Shown in pieces: positions 39,998 to 54,064 of a DNA stretch of 64,000 bases. Positions within the stretch are counted from its first letter, which is position 1. Each line of letters starts with the position of its first letter. Origin of the DNA: Octopus sinensis (lineage: Eukaryota); NCBI RefSeq assembly GCF_006345805.1, contig NC_043005.1, positions 42,780,001 to 42,844,000 of the forward strand. Reading direction: 5' to 3'. The notes under the pieces are model-generated. The model had not been told where the DNA came from, ran no database searches, and saw nothing but the letters and a program-made list of their open reading frames with translations. Both the position numbers and the translations under genes were made by a program.

Positions 39998-40555
39998 TGA
40001 TTGATTGATTGAAACAGCTTGATTCAAATTCGTTGGTAGTATTGCGCTTGAAACACAAGACTATCAACGAAATTGAATCAAAGTGTTTTGATCCATCCAC
40101 GTAACTCTCAATAAATTGGTTAAGTGCCCTTCTTTCGTTTGTCCACTCTATTGTGTATATATATATATATATATGTGTGTGTGTATGTATGTATATATAT
40201 ATATTATATATTATATATATATAATATATATATATATAATATATATATATATATGTGTGTGTGTGTGTATTTATATATATATATATATATATATACGCAT
40301 ATATGCGTGTATGTATATATTTAAGTATACATATGTGTGTGTATATATTTATGTGTGTTTCTGTGTCTGTGTCTCTGTTTGTACACAGCCATCGCTTTAC
40401 AATCGATACTGGCGTGTTTATGTCCCTGTAACGTAGCAGTTCGACAAAAGAGAATGATAGAATAAGCACCTGAGTTGCAAATAATTAGTTCTGAGGTCCA
40501 TTTCTTCTAGTAAAACAATCTGAGCAACTACTCCAGCATGGCTGCAGCCAAAGCA
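39728..40555 (+). mobile_element. Family B SINE split by an expanded (TA)n tract with a nested unique insert (about 39995-40155)
   Basis: Head 39728-39910, tail 40370-40555. Confidence 0.7.
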
Positions 40556-40730
40556 ACACATTCATACACATAAAACACACACACATAGATGTTGGTGTTT
40601 CGAGAAGACTGTTGGAAGTCGTTATTTACCGTTACTGCAGCTTTAAAGCTGAAACATTTTAAAGTATTTTAAAGAATTTAAAGTAATATTGATAGATAGA
40701 TAGATATACTATATATATATATATATACAA

Positions 40731-40803
<73 letters not shown>

Positions 40804-40826
40804 TATATAATATATTATATATATGC

Positions 40827-40859
<33 letters not shown>

Positions 40860-41191
40860 TATAATATATATATATATATAATATATATATATAATACAGA
40901 GAGAGTGAGAGAGAGAGAGAGGGTTAATTATATATATATATATATATGTATGCATGTATGTATGTATGTATAACAAACTATTAGTTCTAAATCTCTGAAC
41001 GAGATACATGCAGATAAAGTACAATAGAGTAAATTTCATTTGCCATCGTAAGGTGGCAGTCCTGGTTAGAACGAATGTTATTGCTATTGTTCGAAAATAG
41101 AAGGATGCAATTTTCCTGGGGTTAAATAAAGGTAACATTCGTCCAAACCAGGACGCGTTGGCGAATAAACTTTACTCTCTTTCTCTCCTCT

Positions 41192-41250
<59 letters not shown>

Positions 41251-41579
41251 GTATTTATACATAAAATTGTTCAAAAATGTTTGCGACATTTTCCCCAGCA
41301 ATAGACAAAAAACAGTGTAAACACACCAGGCACCAGATCAGGTGGAAGTGGCCTTCACCAAGATCGATAGATGAATGCATTTTGAAGTAGTAATCTTTTC
41401 CTCAGTATATAAGACTGATGTATGCTTTCGTACGAGTTCGAAATTGTCTCAAAGATATTTGAAATGGTAACATGTTTACCTTTATAGAGATCACTGCTTA
41501 GCGCTTCTGGTCCGCGTATACGAACATACATTCATACATACATGCATGCATACATACATACATACATACATAAATATAT

Positions 41580-41611
<32 letters not shown>

Positions 41612-44269
41612 ATATATATATATCTATATATATATATATATATTTATATACATATATATTACATACATATATATATACCATATATATATACAATATATAT
41701 ATAATATATATATATATATTTACATACATACATACATATATATATTATATATAATATAATATATATATATATATATATATATAGATATATATATATATAT
41801 ATATATATTATATGCAGCCATACATATATATACCTATATCTATAGACATTACTACCAGTGGCCTAGCATATAGAAAACTAGTCAATAGACTATTTATTAT
41901 TTATATAAATATAGTGCACATTTAAACACCTAAAAGATGACCATCATAGGACTCCTAACACGCTAGAAGAAGTAGCCAAAATCCAAACCACTGGTTTGGA
42001 TTTAGGTTACTCTTTCTAGCGTGTTAGGTGTCGATCAAACTATCTATCTATAAATATGAATACCACCTAAGTGATGATCATCATATGACACCTAATATCG
42101 AAAGTGTGGGCTCCAAGATCCAGCATTATCAAGAGAATACCGAAGTAAAGAATAACACGCTGATCGCTATCGTCAATATTTCAAACATAATTAGATATCA
42201 TTGTAAGAATATACTTTATCTTTAATGGAATATTTGGTAAAAAATATTATTAGAATGGTTGATGTAGGAGAGCCTGATAACCGATGTTTCTGAATAATAT
42301 TTGCAATTTCATTTCAAAACTACGATGCATATTTTGTATATTTAGTCAAATAATATATTTTTGTAAGAAGTGGCCATTAGGATAAAGGCTTCCTTTAGAT
42401 TTTATATATCTTATTCACGTTTAACTTTTTATAATAAAAGTAATCATTGCCTTCACCACATTTGACTTATGACAGCGCTCAGCGCTATCGTAGATATCTC
42501 AAATACATTTACTCCTCTTTTCGGCAATATAATTTGTCTTTAGTGGAATATTTAGGGAAAATATTATTAGAACAGCTTGATAACGAAATCAATGATAGTA
42601 TTTCGCTGATTACTCATGTATAAGCCGTATATTACTTGTAAATATTGGTGCAATTTTTTTCTCTGAATAGTTTTAGTTTTACCCTGTATATAAGTCGTAC
42701 ACTAGATTTTTCAGTTACGATCAAGTATAAAATAGTGTCGAATAAATGCAGTATCTTAGATAAATTGCAAAATCGAAGTCGTAAGAGGTGGTGCTTATAA
42801 ATATAAACTTGTTATTAATTCAAATATGCTTGAGGCATATTTGAACCCGTGAGAAAGCTATTCACTATTTAGTTATGGAGAAAAGACCTCGCTGTAGACA
42901 AATAGATGTAAACATACCAAGTCACTTCGAAGTGTTCTCTAGTTAGACAAATAGATGCTTGCATTTCGGAGTAGTTAGCTCCTCTTCAGCATCAGACACT
43001 GGAATATAAAATATATTAACTAGGACCCCTGCATGAGAAAACAAGCACATCCACCGCGGTACCCAAATGTGATGCGGAATGTGTATGAATTAATAAAGAG
43101 AGACGAGGCTAAAAATACTAATATGACTGAAGACAAACAAAATGAGAATGATTATGTTTTCATTGCTGGATGATATGAGGAATAAATAGTCTAACACTGA
43201 CACAGCAGTACTCAAGTTAATAGTTGCCATTAAAACACAAGGCAGAACCTATGCAACAATAATGTCAGGAAAAAAAAAGAAAAAATATGAATACAGAATG
43301 TGGTTGAATGAAATCAGAAATGCAAGAATGATGGTCAAATTCCATTATATACAAAGAGCGTGAGATATAATTTGGTTCCATCTGCATAACAAGGTTAGTT
43401 GTCGCCCATTTATCATATCACATAGATGATTGCCATCCAGTTGCCCTGCATAACAAGATTTATATCTATAATTATATAAAATGCTATAATTCCTTTTTCC
43501 ATGTTTTAGACAAAAATTAGGTACTAATGTACTGCATACGACTAATCGATTTATTTTCATTACCAAATTTTTCCACTCTTTAAATACAAACGTACGTACC
43601 TGTCAGTTTTCTATAGTCGCTTTATGGTGATATGTATTGGAAATAGCGGAAAACTAGTATCATTAATAGAATACGATATTTCCTCCAAGACAGATTTTCT
43701 TTTCGCATTGCTAATATCTTAAATGTAGTGTGTATTAAACAGAAATGGTAGACGTAAAGGCTGATTGATAAACGAATGCATTGCAGGACTGAAAATATTA
43801 AAAAATTATTTATTATATATAAAATAATGAGCCATTGTATCTCATATGTAATGCACATTGTTTTCAAAAAACCAAAGTGATTCAATGTCGAAACAGCATA
43901 TATTTCTATGAAAAGTTTCGTATCTATCCGAAGAACTATCTCTATGGGTCTGGCTATGGACTTTGTTGTCAATATTATGGCAAAAATTAATGAATACAGT
44001 ACTTTCATGCAAGTATTAGATATATATTTAGATATGTATATTAACATAGCCTCTTCAGTTCCCGAAAACAAAATGGGGGAATCAGAGGACCATATATGCT
44101 CTGCAAGGATGTGCGGATTCGTCATATTTGGAGGTGTTGTCACAACCGGTAAAGAGGGAAAAAATGCAACTTAGGAAACAAACTTACAAAAGAAGTTTTA
44201 ATTGAAAGCGTTTCATCAGCTTTGACCTTTTAACAAATTATTATTGAATGTTTATAAATATTACACGTA

Positions 44270-44369
44270 NNNNNNNNNNNNNNNNNNNNNNNNNNNNNNN
44301 NNNNNNNNNNNNNNNNNNNNNNNNNNNNNNNNNNNNNNNNNNNNNNNNNNNNNNNNNNNNNNNNNNNNN
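44270..44369. other. Assembly gap (100 N)
   Basis: Run of N. Confidence 1.
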
Positions 44370-44459
44370 AAGGAAATTATTTATCATTGCACTGCACGAT
44401 GATTAGGTTTGCATAACATTCTATAAGGTTTTTACCTGAACCTTATTTAACTATTCATA

Positions 44460-44673
44460 CGAGTAGTTACTGAACAGTTCCTGACTTCAAGAGTATCACG
44501 ATAGGCCTGGCTGGAGCCCTAACCTTGCCGGTTCTTTTACAGTGCTTAGAAAACCTGAAGAACCGCAGCAATGTGTGAATCTGAGAGGGGGAATATGTTG
44601 AATAAAATCATAATTAACTGATTGTCTTGTATTTTCTTTTACTCAAAGCCATGAACGTGTTGGCATGCCCTAG
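44460..44673. mobile_element. Mariner-derived MITE (copy 2)
   Basis: Same body as 6730 and 48693; TA flanks. Confidence 0.7.
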
Positions 44674-44714
44674 TACATAAATACATACACACATGTATAT
44701 CTCTCTATATATGT

Positions 44715-44946
44715 ATATATGACAAGTATGGCCCTATGAAATACAGGTACGACAGAAACAGCAAGAAAGAGTGAGAGAAAGTTGTGGTGAAAGAGGACAG
44801 CAGGGTCCGCCACCATCCCCTGTCGAGCCTTGTAGAGCTTTAGGTGATTTTGCTCAATAAACACTCACAACGCCCGGTCTGAGAATCGAAACCACGATCC
44901 TTGGACCCCGAATCCGCTGCCCTATCCACTGGACCATTGCACCTCA
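44715..44946 (-). mobile_element. Family C SINE (partial)
   Basis: Matches 24680-24890. Confidence 0.75.
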
Positions 44947-45542
44947 ACTATATATATATATGAGTGTGTGTGTGTATGCATATATATAATAATGTATAGA
45001 TAATATATATGTATATAATATAATAATATATATATTAATATATATAAATATATATAATACTAATACATATATATAGATATATATATTATATATATATATC
45101 AAATATATACCTATATAAAAGTTATAATATATAATGTATGAATATATATATATATATATATAATATATATATATCTATATAAATATTCATATATACAAAG
45201 GACACGGTGTTTTGTGTGTTATACGAAGAACCACTGCATCACTAATAGGTTGGTTAGTTATCAACGTCCTTATTCGAAACACTACATCAATGTTTTGCAT
45301 CTATACCTAGATAATAATTAGTGGGTATGGACAAACAGATATTTGCAGAGGTCCTAGTCAGAAAAAAGAAACAGCATAAGAATTAATTACCGAAGGTGAG
45401 ATGCATGAGCTAATTGGGACACGTTTTGGGCTGAATGACTTCAAGAAGCCTAAATTTGCCGAACCGTTAATTTATGGGAATGTAACACACGAACATCGCT
45501 TCTTAAGCGATGGTGAGGGACAAACACATAAACACACACACA

Positions 45543-45640
<98 letters not shown>

Positions 45641-45690
45641 ATAGATATATATATCTATATATATATATATCTATATATAATATATATATA

Positions 45691-45724
<34 letters not shown>

Positions 45725-45726
45725 TC

Positions 45727-45761
<35 letters not shown>

Positions 45762-46305
45762 ATATATATCTATATAATGAAATAATAATAGGTGGAAATT
45801 GATATTTAAAAATCCGAAGATTAAAAATTGTGTTACATACAAAATTAAGAGGAATGACCACTAAAGTGGACACCTAATATGCTAAACATAGACGTCAAAT
45901 TGCCATTACCGCGAAGAATGAGTTCTCAAGAAAAATCTCAGGAGAATGCCAAAATGTAAAAATGAGGAAGGCAAATGAAAATATACCATACAAAAAGAAA
46001 AAAAAATAGGCGATACAAAAAAAGGGGTAACAAAATATTCAACAAGGACGGGTCATTCAAAGTTTTCTTTCCTCAGTCGAGTTCCAGATTATCTTTGCAA
46101 TTTCGGCTGGTTATACTCGAGATTGCTCCAATCTGGCCAGCCTCAAAGAAAAAATAAGCTAAGAGCATTATATTCCTTGGAAGAAAGCAGCGAATGTATA
46201 CGAAAGCAAGGACAGAAAAAATATGGAGAATGTTACACAAATGCAAATGCAATTAACTGGATATAACAACAGATGTCTTTCGACTAAGGACAACAAGTGT
46301 CTTTC

Positions 46306-46351
<46 letters not shown>

Positions 46352-46969
46352 CATACATAAGAAGTAAATATTCAAATGAATATCCATAAAAATATATTTA
46401 TTGTTACTCTGATCAGCGGTAAATTTAAATAATAGATAACAACGAGAAAAATATAGCCCGATTTCTGTTGGTCTCTTGTATATTTCATTGTAATCCGGTG
46501 GTTTATTTGAGGATTTCGCTTCTATTTCCAGCAAGTAGGCGCATTATGCGCTCTGTGTTCTAATTATACTTAATCAGGATTATGAATTTTTATTCTCTAA
46601 CTATTGAACGCTATTATTACTTGCTACCACCTATATTTTTATTGTTGTTATTATCTACTATTTAAATTTACCGCTGATAATAATAATAATAATAAAAATA
46701 TCTATATAATATTCATTTACTTCTTATATATGTATTATACACTGAAGTCGTATAGAATTTGTGCGGGATAGTTAAGTAGCAACACACACTCCAACGAGGT
46801 GAGTTCGTTTTTCTCATATGGTAACATTTACTGAGGGGAGTTAAAGCTCTCACTAGAACTCAAAATCCTGATATAAATATATCCAATTCATTCTACAGCT
46901 TTGGTCTGTAATGATATTGATGAATCGTTACTCACTAGCCCGATTTATAAATTTATATATGTTAGTATA

Positions 46970-47004
<35 letters not shown>

Positions 47005-47077
47005 GGGTTTGGGATGGGTTCTTTATTGACTGAGTTATGAAATAGTGGTTGGTCTCTAAATTAGTTATATATTATTA

Positions 47078-47113
<36 letters not shown>

Positions 47114-47124
47114 TGTATGTATAT

Positions 47125-47290
47125 TCTTCCTGCTCTAGGCACAAGGCCCGAAATTTGGGGGGAGGGAGCCAGTCGATTAGATCGACCCCAGTACGCAACT
47201 GATGCTTAATTTATCGACCCCGAAAGGATGAAAGGCAAAGTCGACCTCGGCGGAATTTGAACACTCAACGTAAAGACAGATGAAAGCTGT
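47125..47290 (-). mobile_element. Family A-related SINE with an alternative tail
   Basis: Core gaccccgaaaggatgaaaggcaaagtcgacc with tail cctgctctaggcacaaggcc. Confidence 0.7.
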
Positions 47291-47779
47291 TAAATGTATA
47301 TGGATAAAACCATCGTGCCTTTCCTTGATCTAATGAAACTTGCCAATGACAACCAAACTTCTGTATGGTCTGCTGGTATTCCACCAAGACCGCATTTTAT
47401 ATCTCTTTTGTCGACCAAAAGAGAAATATTATCTATGTTCTGTTCGGAGAGAGATTTATCATTTAACCGTCTTACATCTCGAAACTAGAGTTAAATATGG
47501 CCCTTAAAGTCCTCTTTAAGCACAGCAAGTACCATTATTTCATATACATTTTTTGTTGTTGTTTTTGACTGAAAACTGACTTCTTTATAGGAACGGTTTT
47601 TAAAAAAAATAGCAGGAATGTAAATATATAAACATACGGAGATGTCCCAGAGCTTGGATATCTGCAGCAGATGAAACATTTTTTTCTGACACGAAAGCTG
47701 CCAATAAAACAGCATAGTATATCTGAGATTTCAGAGCTTACTTGTACCAGACAGACTGAAATAGCACACTGATAAATTT

Positions 47780-48033
47780 CAATGGTGGCGGTGGTGTTGA
47801 TGGTGGGTGGTGGTGGTGGTGGTGGGGTTATGATGAGGTAGTGGTGGGTGGAGATTGTAGTAGTGAAGGTGACGATAATGATACTGGTGGTAGTCATTGC
47901 GGTGGTAGTGGTAGTGGTAATAAAAATATAAATTTCATAAGTATTAGTAGTAGTAGAGGTTGTGGTGGTGGTATGGCGGCGGTTGCGATAGTAGTAACAG
48001 CGATGTGGTGTTGGTGTAGTAGTTGTAGTAGTT

Positions 48034-48073
<40 letters not shown>

Positions 48074-48346
48074 CAGCAGCAGCAGCAGCAGTAGTAGTTG
48101 TGGTGGTGGTGGTGGAAACGGCGACGGTAGTTAGGAGTAGCAGTGATAGTGGTGTTGGTATAGTAGTAGTAGTAGTGGTGGTGGTGGTGGTGTGGTAGCA
48201 ACAGCAGGAACAACTGTTGATGTAGATTTAGATATACTGTAGTAGCTTTGAAGGAGGTTGTCGTGGAAGTAGTAGTAGCAGTAGTAGCAGTAGTAGTAGC
48301 AGTAGTAGTAGTAGTAGTAGTAGAGTAGTAGTAGTAGTAGTAGCAG

Positions 48347-48385
<39 letters not shown>

Positions 48386-48435
48386 GTAGTAGTATTATAG
48401 TAGTATGTAGTAGTATAGTAGTAGCAAGCAGCAGC

Positions 48436-48507
<72 letters not shown>

Positions 48508-48680
48508 ACAATATTCTAGAGAGCTTCGTGATGCTGGCGACGATGTTAGTGGTGCAATAGATAGAGACGGTGGCGGAGATACAGTGATGGTGGCAGCGAT
48601 GGTGAAGCTGGTGGTTATAAAGGCGGTGGGGAATGTGGTGATGGTGTTAGCGGTGATAACAAGAATTATGATGATGGTGA
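47780..48680. repeat. Compound trinucleotide microsatellite (GGT/TAG/CAG)
   Basis: Direct reading. Confidence 0.95.
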
Positions 48681-48692
48681 TTACGATATGTA

Positions 48693-48907
48693 CGGGGAGG
48701 GGGGCTGAAAAGCTCCTGGCTTCAAGGGTGTAGCGAAAGGCCTGGTTGCAGGCCCAGCCTTCCGAGTTCTTTTATAGGTCTTAGAAAAACTGAAGGACCG
48801 CTGCAATGTATGAATCTGAGAGGGGAATATGTTGGATAAAATCATAATTAACTGATCCTTCTAGATTTTCTTTTACCCAAAGGCACGAACTTTTCAGCAC
48901 CCACTCT
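48693..48907. mobile_element. Mariner-derived MITE (copy 3)
   Basis: TIRs gctgaaaagctcc / gaacttttcagc; TA flanks. Confidence 0.75.
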
Positions 48908-48909
48908 TA

Positions 48910-49324
48910 TTTCTTTATTGCACACAAGGGGCTAAACATAGAGGGGACAAACAAGGACAGACAAAGAGATTAAGTCGACTATATCGACCCCAGTGCGTAA
49001 CTGGTACTTGATTTATCGACTCCGAAAGGATGAAAGGCAAAGTCGACCTCGGCAGAATTTGGACTCAGACCGTAAAGACAGACGAAATACCTATTTCTTT
49101 ACTACCCACAAGGGGCTAAACACAGGGAGGACAGACAAGGACAGACAAACGGATTAAGTCGATTATATTGACCCCAGTGTGAAACTGGTACTTAATTTAT
49201 CGACCCCGAAAGGATGAAAGGCAAAGTCAACCTCGGTGGAATTTGAACTCAGAACATAACGGCAGACGAAATACGGCTACGCATTTCGCCCGGCGTGCTA
49301 ACGCGTCTGCCAGCTCGCCGCCTT
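48910..49324 (-). mobile_element. Family A SINE dimer with a 12-bp TSD
   Basis: CACCCACTCTTA at 48898-48909 and 49327-49338. Confidence 0.9.
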
Positions 49325-49364
49325 AACACCCACTCTTAGATTCTTCAGCACCCCCCACTTAGTA

Positions 49365-49955
49365 TGTTGGTTACGATGGTGGTGATGGATTTTCTAATGT
49401 TGGGGACGATGTGGATGGTGAATATGGTCGGTGATAGTTGCGACAGAGTTGGTGATAATGGTGAAGAAGTTTCTGGTGACAGCGCTGGCGGTACAGAGAT
49501 TGGTAATGCAATCAGCAATGGATAGAGAAGTTGGTGGCGGTGGTGGTGGTGGTGGCGATGGTAGAGGTATGGTTAAGATGGCAGCGTTGGTGGTGGTGGT
49601 GATGTTGCTGTTGATGGTGTTGGTCATGATGCTCGTGATAGACATGATGACAAGGTTTTTGAACTGGCGATGGTGGTGCTCGTTAAGATAACGATGCTTA
49701 TGACGATAGTAGTAGCAGTGGTGATGATGGCGATTACTTCGTTGGCGGTGGTGGCGACGGTGGCGATGATGTGAACTATGACAACGATAGTATTGTTGTT
49801 GCTGTTGTTGTTGTTGTTGTTGTTGATGATGGTGATGATGACGACGACGACGACGACGACGATGATGATGATGATGATGATGAAGATGATGATGATGATG
49901 AGATGATGATGATGATGATGGTGGTGGTGATGATGATGATGATGACGATGATGAC

Positions 49956-49990
<35 letters not shown>

Positions 49991-50100
49991 CGCTGATAAT
50001 GATGATGATGATAATGATGATGTCAATGACGTTGATGGTGAGGGTGATGGAGCTGTTGGCCATGATTCCAGTGATGCTGAGATGATAATATTCGGAGGGG
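49365..50100. repeat. Compound trinucleotide microsatellite (GAT/GGT/GTT/GAC)
   Basis: Direct reading. Confidence 0.95.
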
Positions 50101-50380
50101 GGTTGGGGGGGGGAGGGGTTAGGTGGTGTTAAACTAAGCGAAACTATCAGATGAAACAATCAATCCCCTGTAGCCGAAAAGTGAAGACAGAATCTAGCGG
50201 AAAGGGCATTTGATATCGACTAGAGATACGGTGTATCAGACAATGTCTGTAGGATATAGAACGCAGAATTCCTGAAATAACTATCAAATATACATGTCTC
50301 TGTATATGTGTATCGGACTGTTCATATTATATCGTAATATGTAAAAAATATATATTACGTAAATAACATTCAAATATGTC

Positions 50381-50414
<34 letters not shown>

Positions 50415-50471
50415 ACACGCGCGCACGCACATATATATACATACATATATATATGTATGCATGTATGTAGA

Positions 50472-50520
<49 letters not shown>

Positions 50521-50710
50521 ACACACACACATACGTATATATATATACATATATATCGTGTGCTAGCTGGCTATCTCCCTCTCTCCCTCTCCCTGTCTCT
50601 CTGTCTCTCTCACTGTCATTCTATCTGTATGTATATTATGTAAGTATGTATGTATGTATGTATGTATGTACATATGTGTACGTGTGCATTTGTGAGTATA
50701 TATATATATA

Positions 50711-51191
50711 TTTATAATTTCAACAATTGAGGGCAAAATTAATTATTATTAATAATCAATTTCACCAAGTGTTCAGTATGCAAAGGGACCATTCAAGGCG
50801 AATTCAAATTATTACTTATATAAAAGGGCTTAGTAAAATAAATTACTTTGCCGCATACTGAACTCATTAGAAATAGCAGCTAAAAAACTTTTTAAGGCTA
50901 TTTCTAATACTTAAAGAAAATCTCTCTCATATATAGTGTTTGCATAATTTAACTCACAAAAGTTTGGGGGTAATGACATCGAAAAATCAAATGCTAAGGT
51001 TAACCTTAGCATTTGATTTTTCGATGTCATTACCCCCAAACTTTTGTGAGTTAAATTATGCAAACACTATATATGAGAGAGATTTTTTTCTTTAAGTATT
51101 AGAAATAGCCTTAAAAAAGTTTTTTAGCTGCTATTTCTAATGAGTTCAGTATGCGGCAAAGTAATTTATTTTACTAAGCCCTTTTATATAA
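50711..51191 (-). mobile_element. Fold-back insertion in (TA)n, arms 50816-51001 / 51002-51191
   Basis: Spacerless centre ctaaggttaaccttag; unique tail of about 105 bp to the left. Confidence 0.75.
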
Positions 51192-51964
51192 TATATATAT
51201 TTATATATATAGAGAGAGAGAGAAAGAGAGAGAGGGGAATTCATATATGTATGCATACATGCATGTACATATATATCTAGATACCTATTTATCTAATATC
51301 AATATGTGTGTGTGTGTTATATGAAAAACATTACTATGTTTTACTGAAAACTTTGTTATTAATGTTTTTTTTCGTATCTGGTTATCAGTCCCTTACAGTT
51401 CATATGGAACAATAAAATACCCAAATATATTTTTAGCAATGTTTCCAGGCTTCTTCAAGATGCGCTGTGGTTTCCTTTATGTGCTTCCCCTCTTATGCTT
51501 ATACAGACACTCCCGCCAAAATGTGACCGCTTGAGCGTAACAGCTCTCGTCATTAGACTTTCATTGGGAACGTGTATGCTGTATGTTAGTTGTAGCCTTG
51601 TATTGTGATATTACGATTGTTTCTATAATCGATCGTCTAATTCTGCAGGACATTCAATAAAATATGTAAGTATTATTTATTAATATATTCTTATCTAGCT
51701 TTTTTCATATTGTATGTAGAAAGTTTGCTGCAATTACTTTCTGTTTTAAATGCATAGTATGCCTCCGAGAAAATGTCGTACTTGTTTGGCCAATGTAACA
51801 GTTGGAAATGTGACTATTGCAACTTTCATTTTACAGTTAAATTCATAAATTACATCGATCATTCTTAGTTTGTTTTCAATTCTATATGCTTGCATTGTGT
51901 TGTTAATAACAAAGCTTTTTCGTAAGACATAAGACGGCGAGGGGGCAGATTCGCTATCCAGTCA

Positions 51965-52230
51965 GACAAAATGCTTTATGGAAAACCAGCAGTCTCCCAT
52001 ACATACCAGCCTCCCCTTTCCACGCTACCAATCTTATCCACCGGAAAGTCAAATGCGTATACAGCTTGGCACCAGTGACGTTGCAACCCATTTCTACAGC
52101 TGAGTGAAATGGAGCAATGTGAAATAAAGAGTCTTGCTCAAGAACAAAACACACAACCCGATCTAGGAATTGAACACACGACCTCATGATTGTGAGCCGA
52201 TGTTTTTATCACTGTGCCATGCAACTTCAC
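51965..52230 (-). mobile_element. tRNA-headed SINE, family F (tail also at about 12000-12155)
   Basis: Reverse B-box ggaattgaac; body tttatggaaaaccagcagtc shared with 12069. Confidence 0.65.
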
Positions 52231-52257
52231 AAGTATATATACACATATATATATATA

Positions 52258-52331
<74 letters not shown>

Positions 52332-53294
52332 TGTGTGTATGTGCCCGTAGTTACGCCGCACGTGACCATCGCCCATCTTTCTCTTCCTAACTTGAGCTTC
52401 TTTCTTTCCTTTTGATCTGCCACACAGATCAGACGCATTCTTGTCTGTCTCCTCTCATCTCCTTTCTCCTGTCAAAGTTTGTTCCTCCAGCGTTCGCCAC
52501 CTCACCTCGTTATGGCTTAGCAGCCCTTAGTGCTTGTTTTCACTGTCCTGTTTTTGTTTCCAACTTTGAACCTCCGCAAATCCGTCGTTGTGTTGGTGGT
52601 GGTGGAGGAGGATGACGACGAAGTGATGGCAGTGTTGTGAAAATGCTGTGATAGTACTGGTTGTGATGTTGGCAGGGATACAGAGGTTCGTGTTAAAGTC
52701 GAGGTGATTTCGTGATATCAAAATGAATGGACAGAGAGAGAGAGAGAAGAATGACTGAAGAGGGTGACAGAGAGTGCATGAAAGAGATACAGGGGGAAAA
52801 GCCAGAGAGACTGGGGAGAGAGAGGAAAATATCGCAAAGAGAAGGATACGGTGTTAGATTAAATTAGTAGAACGTATGTTACGTAAAGAGAGAGAAGGAA
52901 TGATATGAAGGAAAAGAGTGCGAGAGGAAGAGAAAGACAGAGAATGTGCTGAAACTGCAGAGAAGGAGTGAACAGAAGAGAAAGCGATGGTATTGTTAAA
53001 ATGGTGATACAAAACAGCAAGAAAACTATATAAAAACTGCGAATAATCACTTTTTCGGTTGTTGCTGTCCAAGTCCAGGTCAGTCTTGATACACTGTTGT
53101 TTAAATGATGGTGCATGGCTTTCAAATACACACACACACACACACACACACATACATACATGCATATACGCATGCATGCATATATATTATATATATATAT
53201 GTATATGTACATGTAGAGGTAGGTACGTACATATATGTTTATATATATGCATATGTTTTTTTTTCATTTATTAATATATATATATATATATATA

Positions 53295-53328
<34 letters not shown>

Positions 53329-53560
53329 GTGTGTGTGTGTGTGTGTTAGGTGTGGTGTACAGAAGTTACATCGAAGTTACACAGTATAAACATGGACATA
53401 TTCCCAAACATTCTCTCCAAAATTGAATGTTTAAAGGTAAAGCGGAGAATTTGCTTTATAATTGCAAATGTAACTCATCTCTACAAATGTTCAGGTATAT
53501 ATATATATATATATAATGTGTGTAGCATTGGGATATTCTAGCTTTGCGTATAAATATATA

Positions 53561-53951
53561 CTCTCTTACTCTTTTACTTGTTTCAGTCATTTGACTGCGG
53601 CCATGCTGGAGCACCACCTTTAGTCGAGCAAATCGACCCCGTAAGCCCAGTACTTATTCCATCGGTCTCTTTTGCCGAACCACTAGCTGACGGGGACGTA
53701 AACACACCACCATCGGTTGTCAAGCAATGCTAGGGGAACAAACACAGACACACAAACGCATACACATATATATATATACATATATACGACAGGCTTCTTT
53801 CAGTTTCCGTCTACCAAATCCACTCACAAGGCATTGGTCGGCCCAGGGCTATAGTAGAAGACACTTGCCCAAGATGCCACGCAGTGGGACTGAACCCGGA
53901 ACCATGTGGTTGGTTCGCAAGCTACTTACCACACAGCGACTCCTGCGCCTA
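53561..53951 (-). mobile_element. Family B SINE, full length
   Basis: Consensus match. Confidence 0.85.
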
Positions 53952-54064
53952 TGTATATATATACATAAATAAACTGTACTGGGAGAAGAAGAAGAAACGA
54001 AACGAAACGGAACGAATCGAATCGATGCGAAGGCGCTCAGTCATTATATATATATATATATATA

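Noticed and set aside
43622-44174. 173-aa and 88-aa ORFs and a 91-nt exon-like segment near 44057-44147
   Set aside because: No recognisable homology; AT-rich chance ORFs
47535-50159. Poly-S/H/Q/D/M ORFs up to 210 aa
   Set aside because: Trinucleotide microsatellites open in many frames; no domain or splice support
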